Part shown: positions 39,314-49,018 of the stretch, one piece after another | Layout: each line of letters starts with the position of its first letter | Numbering within the stretch: the stretch's first letter is position 1 | Assembly: GCA_963714035.1 (NCBI GenBank) | Contig: OY970224.1 | Location: 2,337,996 to 2,401,995 of the forward strand | Direction of reading: 5' to 3' | Length of the DNA stretch: 64,000 nt | Source: an uncultured Acidobacteriota bacterium | GTDB lineage: Bacteria; Acidobacteriota; Thermoanaerobaculia; UBA5066; DATFVB01 | Made by a program: the position numbers and the translations under genes | The notes under the pieces: model-generated | What the model was told of the DNA's origin: nothing | Database searches by the model: none | Seen by the model: only the letters and a program-made list of their open reading frames with translations

Positions 39314-40345
39314 TCAGTCGAGAAAGTCGGCGAAGAGCGCCTCGAACCCGGCCGAATCGTCCGGAAGGACGCCGACGGCGCGGATGCGGCGCTCGAGACC
39401 CGCGATCCCACGGAACGCCGCCGGCTCCCGGAACGCGATCGCGTAGAGCGGCTCGTCGAGCATCGAGAAGCGAAGCGTCTCCCGCGTCTTCGGGAAGGCG
39501 CCGGGAGACAGCCGCGTGACGGAGAGAATGTTCGAGGCGTCGATCCGGGCCGACCATCGCATCCCGAACCGGAGGCGGAGGACCTCTCCGTCGAACGTCG
39601 CGGGCCGCAGCCGGAGCGCCTGGAAATCGCCGAGCAGCCAGAGCACGGAATACAGGTCGAGCGCCGTGAACGTCCAGGCCGCGCGGACGCTCCACTTCGA
39701 CAGAAGCACGTGCGCGCCGAAACCCTCTCCGGCGATCAGCAGGAAGACGACCGCGAGCACCGTGGGCCACCCGCTCGCGCGATAGAACGTGACGCTTTCG
39801 CCCGGACTCCGGCGCTCGCTTTCGGGCGACGATCCGCGGCGCCACGAAAACAACGCGAACCAGAGAATCGCGATCTCGGCGGAGAGAAAACCCGCGAGGC
39901 GGCCGGGGCCGAAGATCCCTTCGCAGGCGAGGCGGATCTTCTCGACGGGGTCGGCCGAATCCGCCGCCCGGAGGACGCGCGAGACCCGGCGGGCGCGCGC
40001 GAGGACGACGCCGAGAAGCACGATCTCCAGCGCCGACGCGAGCGGGACGAGCGCGTGCAGAAATTCCTGATGCCCGCGCGGGACCAGGAACCTCGCGAGA
40101 ATCATCCCCGCGCCGAAGACCGGGATGAGCGTCGCCGGATGAGCGCCGCGCCGGACGACGAGGAGCCAGTAGAGGGCCGGAATCGTCACGCACAGGTCGA
40201 ACGTCACCCCGAAAGCGCCCATGTCGGGAGCGCGGTCGAATAGCGGCGTCCGGACGATCGCCGCGCAGACGGCCGCGACGAGACCGGCCGAAACCCAGAA
40301 GGCGGCCGGAAACGGGCGGCGGACGGCGGCCCGGGTGTGCGGCAT
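39314..40345 (-). CDS. Membrane protein with C-terminal soluble domain, hypothetical
   Basis: Start MPHTRAAV at 40343-40345 was verified on the sequence. ~6 TM helices, then a ~120-aa soluble tail. Confidence 0.5.
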   Translation of the reverse strand: MPHTRAAVRRPFPAAFWVSAGLVAAVCAAIVRTPLFDRAPDMGAFGVTFDLCVTIPALYWLLVVRRGAHPATLIPVFGAGMILARFLVPRGHQEFLHALVPLASALEIVLLGVVLARARRVSRVLRAADSADPVEKIRLACEGIFGPGRLAGFLSAEIAILWFALFSWRRGSSPESERRSPGESVTFYRASGWPTVLAVVFLLIAGEGFGAHVLLSKWSVRAAWTFTALDLYSVLWLLGDFQALRLRPATFDGEVLRLRFGMRWSARIDASNILSVTRLSPGAFPKTRETLRFSMLDEPLYAIAFREPAAFRGIAGLERRIRAVGVLPDDSAGFEALFADFLD

Positions 40346-40529
40346 CGTCCTGATCTTACGCGACCGGGAGCGGAGAGTTTCGCGCCGCAACTCGTTGCGC
40401 GAGCGGGCGGGCGCGGCTTCGAAGGGGCGGGTTAGTATTGCGGGATGATCGGAAGATTCGACCTCGCGGGGAGCGCGGTCGCCGGATAGCCTCGTCGCGG
40501 CCGCCCGGCAGAGCCCGGAGCTCGCGGAA

Positions 40530-43500
40530 GTGGCGGAAGCCCTCCGGCGCGCGGGGGTGCGCGCACAAACCGACCGCGCGGGGGTACCCGCGAAGACTGA
40601 GGGCGCGGAAGTGCGCGCCCAGACTGAACGCCCGGGGGTGCGGGCGCAGACAGAAGGCGCAGGCCGCCGTCGTCTCGTCGTCTCCGGCGCCGTCGGCGCT
40701 CTTCCGGGCGCGATCGCCGCGCTCCTTTCCGAATCGGCACCGGTGCTCGTCATCGCCGCCGACGAAAGCTCCGCCGAAACCGTCGCATCGGACGCCGCGG
40801 CGTTCGGCGGCGGAGGGATCTGCGTCGCCCCCGAACCGTCGCTCACTCCCTACCAGCGCGTCGCGCCGTCGCTGAAGTACCGGCGCTCGGAGTTCGCTCT
40901 CCTCACGGCTCTCGCGGAGAACGGCTGCCGGATCGCGGCCGTCCCGGCGCGGTTCCTGTTCGCCCGCCTGCCCTCCCCCGAGGGCTTCACCGAGCGGCGG
41001 TTCCCCGTCTCGCGCGGCGGGACGGCCGAACGCGGGGCGCTTCTGGCGTTCCTCGCGCGGGAGGGGTATGCCGCGACCGACCTCGTGACCGAAACCGGCG
41101 ACTTCGCCGCCCGCGGCGGAATCGTGGACGTGTTCCCGCCCGACCGCGACCGCCCGATCCGCATCGAGCTCGACGGCGACGAGGTCGCCTCGATCCGCAC
41201 GTTCGACCCGGACACGCAGCGCTCGGACGCCGTGCTCGAACGCGTCGTCGTGGGCCCCCTCGCCGCGGTCTCCGAGTCGGAGGAGGCCGAGGCGCTCCTC
41301 GAAGAGACGCTCGGCCGCGTCCCGTCCTCCGCCGAGAAGACGCTCTTCCTCCCGGCCGTCGCGGGCAACGCCGCGACGATCTTCGATTTCGCTCCCGGAG
41401 CGCAGGTCGTCGTGCTCGAGCCCGCCGCGGTCGAGGAGGCTCTCGCGCGGTGGAGCGACCGGGTCGCCGCGGACTACGAGCCCGAACGCGACGCGATCGC
41501 GCCCGAAGCGCTCCTCCACCCGGTCGCCGCGATCCGCGACGCGCTCGCCTCCCGGACCGGCGTGGCGCTCGACCGGCTCGGGCTCGCCGCCGGCTCTCCC
41601 GTCGCGCTCGCGGCCGAGGAGGTCACGGCGTTCGACGGACGCGTGCGCGAGGCTGCCGACGAGCTCCGCGCGGCGGCGGCGCGCGGCGAGAGCGTACTGG
41701 TGGCGGTGCATCCGAAGGGAGGCGCCGAGAAGCTCCGGCGGTTCGCCCGGGAATTCGACGTCGCGGCGACCGCGATTCCGGGACCGATCTCCGCCGGGTT
41801 CCGGCTGCGCGACGACGCGCTTTCGGTCTGGGCCGAGGAGCAGATCTTCGGCGCGGAACGGACCACCCCGGCGCCGCGGCGGCGCGCCTCCGAAGCCTTC
41901 CTCTCCGATCTGCGGGACCTGAAGCCCGGCGACTTCGTGGTCCACGCCGATTACGGGGTCGGCCGATTCCGGGCATTGAAACGCATCCCGGTCGAAGGGA
42001 GCGAGCACGAGTTCGTCGAGATCGGCTACGTCGACGACAAGACGCTCCTGCTTCCCGTCGAGCGTCTCGATCTCGTCCAGAAGTACTCGGGCGCGGAAGG
42101 GGGCGAGCCGAAGATCGACCGGCTCGGCAGCGCGTCGTGGGGGCGCAAGAAGGACGCGGCGCGCAAGGCCGTCAAGGACCTCTCCGAAGACCTGATCCGG
42201 ATCTACGCGCGGCGCGCGCAGGCGCAGGGTTTCGCGTTCTCGAAGGACTCTCCCTGGCAGAAGGAGTTCGAGGACGCGTTCGAGCACGTCGAGACTCCCG
42301 ACCAGGCGCAGGCGATCGCCGACGTCAAGCGCGACATGGAGCGCCCGTCGCCGATGGACCGGCTCCTCTGCGGCGACGTCGGATACGGAAAGACCGAGGT
42401 CGCGATGCGCGCCGCTTTCAAGGCGGTGCTCGACGGCAAGCAGGTCGCGGTGCTCGCGCCGACGACGATCCTCGCGGACCAGCACTACCGGACGTTCACG
42501 CGCCGATTCGCCGCGTTTCCCGTGACGATCGACCTCCTGTCGCGGTTCCGCGACCGCGCCGAGCAGAAGCGGATCGCCGCGAAAACCGCCGAAGGCGGCG
42601 TGGACATCCTGATCGCGACCCACCGCCTGCTCTCGAAGGACATCCGGTTCCGCGATCTCGGGCTCCTCGTCGTCGACGAGGAACAGCGGTTCGGCGTCGC
42701 GCAGAAGGAGCGGATCAAGGAATGGAAGGCGTCGGTCGACGTGCTCTCGATGTCGGCGACGCCGATCCCGCGTTCGCTGAACCTCTCGCTCTCGGGGCTG
42801 CGCGATCTCTCGATCATCGAGACGCCGCCGCGCAACCGCCTGGCGATCGAGACGCAGATCATCCCGAAGCACGGAGACCTCGTGCGCGAGGCGGTCGCGT
42901 TCGAGCTCGAGCGCGGAGGCCAGGTCTTCTACGTCCACAACCGCGTCGAGTCGATCCTCGCCGAGAAGACGTTCCTCTCGGAGCTCCTCCCGAACGCGCG
43001 CATCGTCGTGGGCCACGGCCAGATGAGCGAGGGAGGGCTCGAGCGCACGATGCTCGACTTCGTCGCCCGCAAGTACGACATCCTCCTCGCGACGACGATC
43101 ATCGAGAACGGCATCGACATCCCGTCGGTCAACACGATCGTCATCGACCGCGCCGACACTTTCGGGCTGTCGCAGCTCTACCAGCTCCGCGGCCGCGTCG
43201 GCCGGAGCGACAAGGCCGCGTACTGCTTCCTCGTGATCGAGCCGGACGCGGCGCTGACGGAGACGGCGCGGCAGCGCCTCGCGACGATCCGCGAGTTCTG
43301 CGACCTCGGGGCGGGCTTCCGGATCGCGGCGAAGGACCTCGAGATCCGCGGCGCCGGGAACTTCCTCGGCGCCGAGCAGTCGGGCCACATCGCCGCGGTC
43401 GGCCTCGAGATGTACCTCGACCTGCTCGACGAAGCGATGCGCCAGATCAAGGGAGAGGAGATCCTGCCGGAGCGGACGGTCACGATTTCGCTCGGAAGCG

Positions 43501-43898
43501 ACCTGTCGATCCCGGCGGCCTACCTGCCGGAAGAGAGCCTGCGGCTGGCGCTCTACAAGCGGATCGCCCGGGCGCGCGACGATGCCGAGATCCGGGAGAT
43601 CGCGAAGGAGACGGAAGACCGCTTCGGGCCTCAGCCTCCCGCCGTTGCGAACCTGATCGAATACGGACGCCTCCGCCGGCGCGCGGAGCGTCTCGCGATC
43701 AAGTCGATCGAGCGGCGGCGCGCGGGATACCGGCTCGTCTTCGACGCGGAGTCCCGGGCGCAGCCGGGAAGGGTCGTCGCTCTCCTGCGCGGGAAGGAAG
43801 GCGCGTCGGTTTCGCCGACGGGCGTCGTCTCGCTTCCGGGCGACTGGAACGTCGAGAAGGTGATGGCGTTCTTGGACGCGCTTCTGGAGGCCGCATGA
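40530..43898 (+). CDS. mfd: Transcription-repair coupling factor Mfd (the start may lie inside the tandem repeat, e.g. GTG at ~40638)
   Basis: UvrB-homology N-terminal domains, the RNAP-interaction/TRG region, superfamily-2 helicase motifs (GDVGYGKTEVA, DEEQRFG), and the C-terminal TRCF domain. Confidence 0.9.
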   Translation: MAEALRRAGVRAQTDRAGVPAKTEGAEVRAQTERPGVRAQTEGAGRRRLVVSGAVGALPGAIAALLSESAPVLVIAADESSAETVASDAAAFGGGGICVAPEPSLTPYQRVAPSLKYRRSEFALLTALAENGCRIAAVPARFLFARLPSPEGFTERRFPVSRGGTAERGALLAFLAREGYAATDLVTETGDFAARGGIVDVFPPDRDRPIRIELDGDEVASIRTFDPDTQRSDAVLERVVVGPLAAVSESEEAEALLEETLGRVPSSAEKTLFLPAVAGNAATIFDFAPGAQVVVLEPAAVEEALARWSDRVAADYEPERDAIAPEALLHPVAAIRDALASRTGVALDRLGLAAGSPVALAAEEVTAFDGRVREAADELRAAAARGESVLVAVHPKGGAEKLRRFAREFDVAATAIPGPISAGFRLRDDALSVWAEEQIFGAERTTPAPRRRASEAFLSDLRDLKPGDFVVHADYGVGRFRALKRIPVEGSEHEFVEIGYVDDKTLLLPVERLDLVQKYSGAEGGEPKIDRLGSASWGRKKDAARKAVKDLSEDLIRIYARRAQAQGFAFSKDSPWQKEFEDAFEHVETPDQAQAIADVKRDMERPSPMDRLLCGDVGYGKTEVAMRAAFKAVLDGKQVAVLAPTTILADQHYRTFTRRFAAFPVTIDLLSRFRDRAEQKRIAAKTAEGGVDILIATHRLLSKDIRFRDLGLLVVDEEQRFGVAQKERIKEWKASVDVLSMSATPIPRSLNLSLSGLRDLSIIETPPRNRLAIETQIIPKHGDLVREAVAFELERGGQVFYVHNRVESILAEKTFLSELLPNARIVVGHGQMSEGGLERTMLDFVARKYDILLATTIIENGIDIPSVNTIVIDRADTFGLSQLYQLRGRVGRSDKAAYCFLVIEPDAALTETARQRLATIREFCDLGAGFRIAAKDLEIRGAGNFLGAEQSGHIAAVGLEMYLDLLDEAMRQIKGEEILPERTVTISLGSDLSIPAAYLPEESLRLALYKRIARARDDAEIREIAKETEDRFGPQPPAVANLIEYGRLRRRAERLAIKSIERRRAGYRLVFDAESRAQPGRVVALLRGKEGASVSPTGVVSLPGDWNVEKVMAFLDALLEAA
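40551..40658 (+). repeat. Tandem 27-bp direct repeat x4, in frame with the mfd ORF (9-aa units GVRAQT[DE][RG]A)
   Basis: The units are gcgggggtgcgcgcacaaaccgaccgc, gcgggggtacccgcgaagactgagggc, gcggaagtgcgcgcccagactgaacgc and ccgggggtgcgggcgcagacagaaggc. Confidence 0.8.
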
Positions 43899-44905
43899 AC
43901 GTCGCGATGGGTCTGGCGCGACGATGCATCGAGCCGGGCGGGCGCGTGCCGCCCGCCCGCAGCGCTCATCGTACGCCCCGGTACGACTCGGCCGCGGGCC
44001 GGACGACCCGCATCCCGCCGGGCTCGCGCCTCGCCGCGCCTCATCGGACTCGCAAAGGATTTCTCGACCGTGGAATTTCGACGCTGGTCTTCCTCGCCGC
44101 TCTCGCCGCCGGAGCGTGCGCGCGGCGCCCGGCCCCGCCGATCGACATGATCGCCGAGATCGACGGTCGGCCCGTCATGCTCCGGTCGTTCCGGGCGTTC
44201 TTCGAAGCGAACGCCGGCCGTCCGATCGCGGAGTCGCAGCCCGCCGTCGTCTCCGGCCTCTTCGACGAATTCCTGCGGGAAGAGACCTGGCGGCGCGAGG
44301 CCCGGCTCGACACGGGCGACGACAACGTCGACCGCCGGCAGGCCCCGGGTGCGCTCGTCGCGCGGGGCGGCGACGCCCTCCGGCCGTCCGACGCGGAGGT
44401 CGCGGAGGAATATGATCGCCACCCGGAACGGTGGCGCCGGCCGGAAGAAGCCCGGGTGGCGCGGATCTTCGCCCGCGCCCGTCCCGAGGCGGAGCGAGCG
44501 CGGGCCCGCGCGGCCTCGGGGGCGGACTTCGGCGAGCTCGCGCGGACGGTCTCGAAGGCGCCGGACGCGGCGAGAGGCGGCGCGCTCGGATGGGTCCAGC
44601 GCGGCGACCTTCCGTCGGAATTCGAGGCGGCGATCTTTCGTTTGAAACCCGGAGAGGTTTCGCCGGTGATCGCCGCGGAGGAGGGTTTCCTGGTATTCAA
44701 GATGATCGACCGCCATCCCGAGCGGACACTCTCGCGGGACGAGGCCGCGCCGGAGATCCGGAGCCGCCTCGCGCGCGAGAAGGCCGACCGATATCTCCGC
44801 GGGATCGTCGACGCGGCGCGGCGCGGAGGACGCCTCCGCGTGTATTTCGACCGCCTCCCCTTCGTGTACACGGGAAGCTTTCTTCCCGGAGGAAAGGAAT
44901 CATGA
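43895..44905 (+). CDS. Parvulin-type peptidyl-prolyl isomerase (SurA/PrsA-like lipoprotein); the 5' end contains repeat copy C and the true start is uncertain
   Basis: The C-terminal PpiC domain is GADFGELA...GG.LGWV.RG.L...FE.A.F.L..GEVS.VI....GF.VFK. The only in-frame start codons lie upstream of the repeat, ~50 codons before the signal-like segment ISTLVFLAALAAGACA. Confidence 0.65.
   Translation: MNVAMGLARRCIEPGGRVPPARSAHRTPRYDSAAGRTTRIPPGSRLAAPHRTRKGFLDRGISTLVFLAALAAGACARRPAPPIDMIAEIDGRPVMLRSFRAFFEANAGRPIAESQPAVVSGLFDEFLREETWRREARLDTGDDNVDRRQAPGALVARGGDALRPSDAEVAEEYDRHPERWRRPEEARVARIFARARPEAERARARAASGADFGELARTVSKAPDAARGGALGWVQRGDLPSEFEAAIFRLKPGEVSPVIAAEEGFLVFKMIDRHPERTLSRDEAAPEIRSRLAREKADRYLRGIVDAARRGGRLRVYFDRLPFVYTGSFLPGGKES
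43916..44040. repeat. ~125-bp GCGCGG...CCGCGC family, copy C (inverted), inside the 5' region of the PPIase ORF
   Basis: ggcgcgacgatgcatcgagccgggcgggcgcgtgccgcccgcccgcagcgctcatcgtacgccccggtacgactcggccgcgggccggacgacccgcatcccgccgggctcgcgcctcgccgcgcc. Confidence 0.7.
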
Positions 44906-45876
44906 GGAAGCTCATCGCCCTCCTGGCGTTCGGCGCGCTCGTCCCGGGGGCAGGGGCCGCCGATCTCGTCGAACGGGTCGTCGCGCGGGTCGACGACGCG
45001 ATCATCACGCAAAGCGAGCTCGACATCCGCGTGGAACGGGCACGCAAGGACCCGCAGGCGCCGGCGGACGTCAACAAGATCCGCATCACCCTTCTCGAGC
45101 AGATGATCCGGACCAAGCTCGTCGAGGCGAAGGCGGCCCACCTCGAGATCACCGCGGATCCGAGCGAGATCGACGAGGCGATGGAGCGGGTGAAGACGCA
45201 GTACGGGATCACCTCGGACCAGGACTTCGACCGCGCGCTCGCCACCAACGGAATGGACCGCGACGCGCTCCGGGAGCAGCTCCGCGACTCGCTGCTGACC
45301 AACAAGGTGCTCGCCCGCGAAGTGCCGATCAACCTCAACGACGACGCTCTCCGGACGGAATACGAGAAGGTGAAGGAGGAGAAGTACGGCGTCCCCGAGA
45401 AGGCGCACGTGTCCGAGATCCTCGTCCGCTTCGACCCGAACGACGCCGCCGCGAAAGAGGCGGCGAAGGCGAAGGTCGACGCCGCCCGGTCGCAGATCGC
45501 GGCGGGAACGCCGTTCGCCGACGTCGCGCGCCAGATCACCGAGGGCCCGGCGCGCGATCGGGGCGGCGATCTCGGCGTCGTCGCGCACGGCGATCTGACG
45601 CCGGCCCTCGACGAGGCGATCTTCGGACATACCGACGCGCTCGCCGGGCCCGTGGAGCTCAAGGACGGCTGGTCGCTCCTGTCGATCACGGAGCGGGAGA
45701 AGGCGGGTTATCGACCCTTCGACGACGTCAAGGAAGAGATCCGGAAGAAGATGTCGGAAGACATCTACGACAAGAAGTTCGCGGACTACCTCGCCGAGCT
45801 GCGGAAGAACGCGATCGTCAAGATCTTCGACAAGGACCTCGCGGCCGAGGACGTGGAGACCCAGAAGAAGAGCTGA
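44902..45876 (+). CDS. Secreted SurA-N-domain plus PpiC parvulin peptidyl-prolyl isomerase
   Basis: Signal peptide MRKLIALLAFGALVPGAGA, then the SurA_N chaperone region and a PpiC domain (H.SEILV...A..G..F..VA...........GGDLG). RBS GGAAAGG. ATGA overlap with the upstream gene. Confidence 0.8.
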   Translation: MRKLIALLAFGALVPGAGAADLVERVVARVDDAIITQSELDIRVERARKDPQAPADVNKIRITLLEQMIRTKLVEAKAAHLEITADPSEIDEAMERVKTQYGITSDQDFDRALATNGMDRDALREQLRDSLLTNKVLAREVPINLNDDALRTEYEKVKEEKYGVPEKAHVSEILVRFDPNDAAAKEAAKAKVDAARSQIAAGTPFADVARQITEGPARDRGGDLGVVAHGDLTPALDEAIFGHTDALAGPVELKDGWSLLSITEREKAGYRPFDDVKEEIRKKMSEDIYDKKFADYLAELRKNAIVKIFDKDLAAEDVETQKKS

Positions 45877-45879
45877 TGG

Positions 45880-46100
45880 AGAGGACGAAGTTCCAAATTC
45901 CAAGCGCGAAATTCCAATGAAGCGCGAATTTCGAATTCTCCAAACGAACCGGGCGCTCCTGGAGGGGCGGTATTGTCTGGAATCTGGAGATCGGTACTCG
46001 GAGCGCTTTACCGAGCCGGGACCGTTTGGGATTCCGTACCGGGAATTTCCTGGAATTTGATGCTTGGAACTTATTGGAATTTGATGCTTGGAGCTTGGAG
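45880..46100. repeat. AT-rich element related to the 13325/61217 family, including a 24-bp tandem duplication (GGAATTTGATGCTTGGARCTT x2, 46052-46099)
   Basis: Contains gcgcgaaattccaa/gcgcgaatttcgaattc, and the tandem ggaatttgatgcttggaacttatt ggaatttgatgcttggagcttgga. Confidence 0.65.
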
Positions 46101-46114
46101 TTTCCCCCGCTGAC

Positions 46115-46435
46115 ATGCTTCATCCCGTCCCGACCTCCATCCAGCAGATCGGCCGCGAGCTCGTCGCCGTCTGGGGCGACGGCCGCGAAGACTACTTTCC
46201 GCTCGAGACGCTCCGGCGCGAGTGCCCCTGCGCGATGTGCCGGGGGGAAGGCGATCTTCTCGGAAACGTCTACCGCGCCCCGCAGCGGCCGTACGGGCTC
46301 GGCGCGTTCCTCATGCACGGCTGGAAGAAGATCGGCGGCTACGCGATCCAGATCTTCTGGCAGGACGGCCACAACGACGGCATCTATTCGTACGAGATGC
46401 TGAGGAAGCTCGGGGAAAAGACCGAAACCGCCTAG
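46115..46435 (+). CDS. DUF971 domain protein (gamma-butyrobetaine hydroxylase-like N-terminal Zn-ribbon domain)
   Basis: The pattern ...L.V.W.DG......L..LR..CPCA.C...... is typical of DUF971. The start is set at ATG 46115, downstream of the ORF-track start. Confidence 0.7.
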   Translation: MLHPVPTSIQQIGRELVAVWGDGREDYFPLETLRRECPCAMCRGEGDLLGNVYRAPQRPYGLGAFLMHGWKKIGGYAIQIFWQDGHNDGIYSYEMLRKLGEKTETA

Positions 46436-46499
46436 CTCGACGGCCCGCGTTGCGCCGTATACTCCGCGCCAACGATTTCGAGGAGGGAGCTTGGCAGAA

Positions 46500-47786
46500 A
46501 TGACGTTCTCGCCCGCGGACTCCGCCCGCGCCCGCCATCCGAAGGGGCTCCCGGTGCTCTTCCTGACCGAGATGTGGGAGCGCTTCTCGTTCTACACGAT
46601 GAGCTCGCTCCTCGCGCTCTACATGGACGAGAAACTGCGCTTCTCGCACGACGCGCTCCGGCACGTGCAGGGCTCGTACAAACTTTTCGTGTATTTTCTG
46701 CCCTTCTTCGGGGGACTGCTGGCGGACCGGAAGCTCGGGCTGCACCGCGCCGTGATCTTCGGCGGCATCCTGATGATGCTCGGCCACCTGACGCTCGCGA
46801 TTGAGTCCCTCCCCTTCTTCTTCACCGCTCTCCTCCTCCTGGTTCTCGGAAGCGGCCTCCTGAAGCCGAACGTCTCGACCATCCTGGGCGAGCTCTACCG
46901 CGACCGGCCCCAGCTCCGGGACTCCGGCTACAACCTCTTCTACATGGGGATCAACGCCGGCGCCTTCCTGGGGCCCCTCTCGGCCGGCTACCTGCAGCAC
47001 CACGCTTCCTGGAGCATCGCCTTCGCGTCCGCCGGGGTCGGAATGCTCGTGTCGCTCATCGTCTTCGTGGTGGGGCTTCCCCTGACGGGATACCGGAAGG
47101 GGGGAACGGCCGAACGCGTCCGGCCGCCGGCCGAAACCGGAGCGACGCTCGCCCCGGGCGAAACGCAGCGCCGCGTCGTCGCGCTCTCGGTCGTGTTCCT
47201 CATCGCGATCATCTTCTGGATGGCGTTCTACCAGTACGATTTTTCGATGACCTTCTGGTTCCGCGACAACATCCGCACGACGGTTCCGGCGGAATGGTCG
47301 CAGTCGATCGAGCCGCTCTGCGTGATCGCCTTTTCGCCGCTCGTCGTCTGGCTCTGGGGAACGCTGCGCGCGCGGCGAGCCGAGCCGCGCAGCCCGGCCA
47401 AGATGATGTTCGGCATGTTCCTCATGACGGCGGCATTCCTGCTCGCGTTCGTCGCCGGGCGGATGGGAGGCGACACCGGGCGGGTCTCGATCGTGTGGAT
47501 CGTCGGCATCTACGTCCTCATCGCCCTGGGAGAGATCTTCGTGTCCGCCATGGGACTTTCCCTCGTGTCCCGCGTGGCTCCGCCGAAGATGCAGGGCATG
47601 ATGATGGGCGCGTGGTTCGTCGCGACGGGTATCGGCGGCTACCTCTCCAATGGCATCGGGTTCCTCTGGTACAAGCTCCCGCATTCGACGTATTTCGCGA
47701 TCATGGCGGCGTTCCTCGCATTCGGAGGTCTCCTTCTCGTCGTCCTCGCCCGGCCGCTGAACCGCGTGATCGACCAGACGACCTGA
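46500..47786 (+). CDS. POT/PTR2 family proton-dependent oligopeptide transporter (DtpT-like)
   Basis: The ExxERFxYY-like motif MWERFSFYTM, the PTR2 signature region, and 12-14 TM segments. RBS AGGAGGGAG. ATG at 46500. Confidence 0.85.
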   Translation: MTFSPADSARARHPKGLPVLFLTEMWERFSFYTMSSLLALYMDEKLRFSHDALRHVQGSYKLFVYFLPFFGGLLADRKLGLHRAVIFGGILMMLGHLTLAIESLPFFFTALLLLVLGSGLLKPNVSTILGELYRDRPQLRDSGYNLFYMGINAGAFLGPLSAGYLQHHASWSIAFASAGVGMLVSLIVFVVGLPLTGYRKGGTAERVRPPAETGATLAPGETQRRVVALSVVFLIAIIFWMAFYQYDFSMTFWFRDNIRTTVPAEWSQSIEPLCVIAFSPLVVWLWGTLRARRAEPRSPAKMMFGMFLMTAAFLLAFVAGRMGGDTGRVSIVWIVGIYVLIALGEIFVSAMGLSLVSRVAPPKMQGMMMGAWFVATGIGGYLSNGIGFLWYKLPHSTYFAIMAAFLAFGGLLLVVLARPLNRVIDQTT

Positions 47787-47913
47787 TTCGGCGGCGCGGC
47801 GTCATTTCCCGCGCGTTCCGCTTCGAGAGGTTTGGGCGGCCGGCGTCCCGGAGGTCGCGGTGGGAACGTCAAGGCGAGGGCAACATTTTCGATCGGACCT
47901 GAAAGCGCGTCGA

Positions 47914-48096
47914 AGCGCGAGCCCGGCGGGATGCGGGTGGGCCGCGTCTCGCCCCCATTGCGACCACGGCGAAGCGCGGAGAGACGTGCGGGAAGGCGGG
48001 TTCGGGCGGCCTGCCGACGCCTAAGGCGTACTGAAAACGTACGTCGTGGCGGCGGCAGGCCGCACGGGCCCGCATAACCGCGCGTATGTCCGCGCT
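47914..48096. repeat. ~125-bp GCGCGG...CCGCGC family, copy D
   Basis: gcgcgagcccggcgggatgcgggtgggccgcg... then cgcggagagacgtgcgggaaggcggg...aaggcgtactgaaaacgtacgtcgtgg...cataaccgcgcgtatgtccgcgc. The 3' end overlaps the stop codon of the 48095 gene. Confidence 0.7.
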
Positions 48097-49018
48097 AGCG
48101 TTTTGGAGCCAATACGCGCAGGCGTTGTTCGGCCACCCTGCACACGACCGGCGTCTCCAGCACGCAATCACCGTCGACCTGGGCCTCGACGGCGTACGCC
48201 TCGAGCGAGGTGATCCGCACGGCGCGTCCCCGCACGATCCGCGCGAGGCCGCGCTCGAGGTGCTCGCCGCGCCCCCCTTTCATGCCGACGAAGAGGCGGA
48301 ACAGGTCGCGCCGTCGGCGGGAGTCGAAGATGAGGACCTCGAGGCTGTCCGATTCGGCGGAGGCGTCGGGCGCGACGATCCAGTCGCCCGCGTAGTGCCG
48401 GGAGTTCGCGACGACCGCGAAAGTCGCGGCGTGATGCTGCCCGTCCACCTCGACGTCGAGGCGCGGGAACTCGTACTTGACGAACTCGGCGAGCGCGGTG
48501 ACGAAGATCCCGGCGCGCCCGAACCAGCGCTTGAGGCGGAGGCTCATCTTCCCCATCACCCGCGCATCGAGTCCGACGCCCGCCATCAACAGGAAAGGAC
48601 GGTCATTGGCGACCGCCGCGCGCACGGTCCGGACCTCGCCTTCGAGCATCAGGCGGCAGGCGCGGCCGACGTCGAACGGGATCCCGAGCTCGACGGCGAG
48701 CACGTTGGAGGTGCCTCCGGGCAGGATCGCGAGGGGCACGTCGGTCCCGAGGAGCGCCGCCGCCGCCTCAGACACGGTGCCGTCGCCGCCCCAGACCGCC
48801 ACGACGTCCGGCTTCTCCGGAAGATGTTCCCGGACGATTCGCGTCGCGTGGCCCGGTCCCCGCGTCGGCGCGTTCGCGAGCTCGATTCCCTCCGCCCGCA
48901 TCCGGTCGATCAGCGCATGCGTCGCGGATCGCTTGTCGCGCTGCCCCGCGGTCGGGTTGTAGATCAGGACGCCGCGGCGCGGCGCGCGGGACGGCGCCGG
49001 TTCCGCGGGGGAGCTCAA
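48095..49018 (-). CDS. Diacylglycerol kinase catalytic-domain family lipid kinase (YegS/BmrU-like)
   Basis: NP.AG ... GGDGT..E ... LPGGTSNV motifs. Apparent TTG start overlapping the ruvB stop. Confidence 0.8.
   Translation of the reverse strand: MSSPAEPAPSRAPRRGVLIYNPTAGQRDKRSATHALIDRMRAEGIELANAPTRGPGHATRIVREHLPEKPDVVAVWGGDGTVSEAAAALLGTDVPLAILPGGTSNVLAVELGIPFDVGRACRLMLEGEVRTVRAAVANDRPFLLMAGVGLDARVMGKMSLRLKRWFGRAGIFVTALAEFVKYEFPRLDVEVDGQHHAATFAVVANSRHYAGDWIVAPDASAESDSLEVLIFDSRRRRDLFRLFVGMKGGRGEHLERGLARIVRGRAVRITSLEAYAVEAQVDGDCVLETPVVCRVAEQRLRVLAPKR

Noticed and set aside
40551-40658. Possible CRISPR array from tandem repeats here and at 46052-46099.
   Set aside because: There are only 2-4 directly abutting units with no unique spacers, and no cas genes were recognised. 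These are simple tandem duplications.
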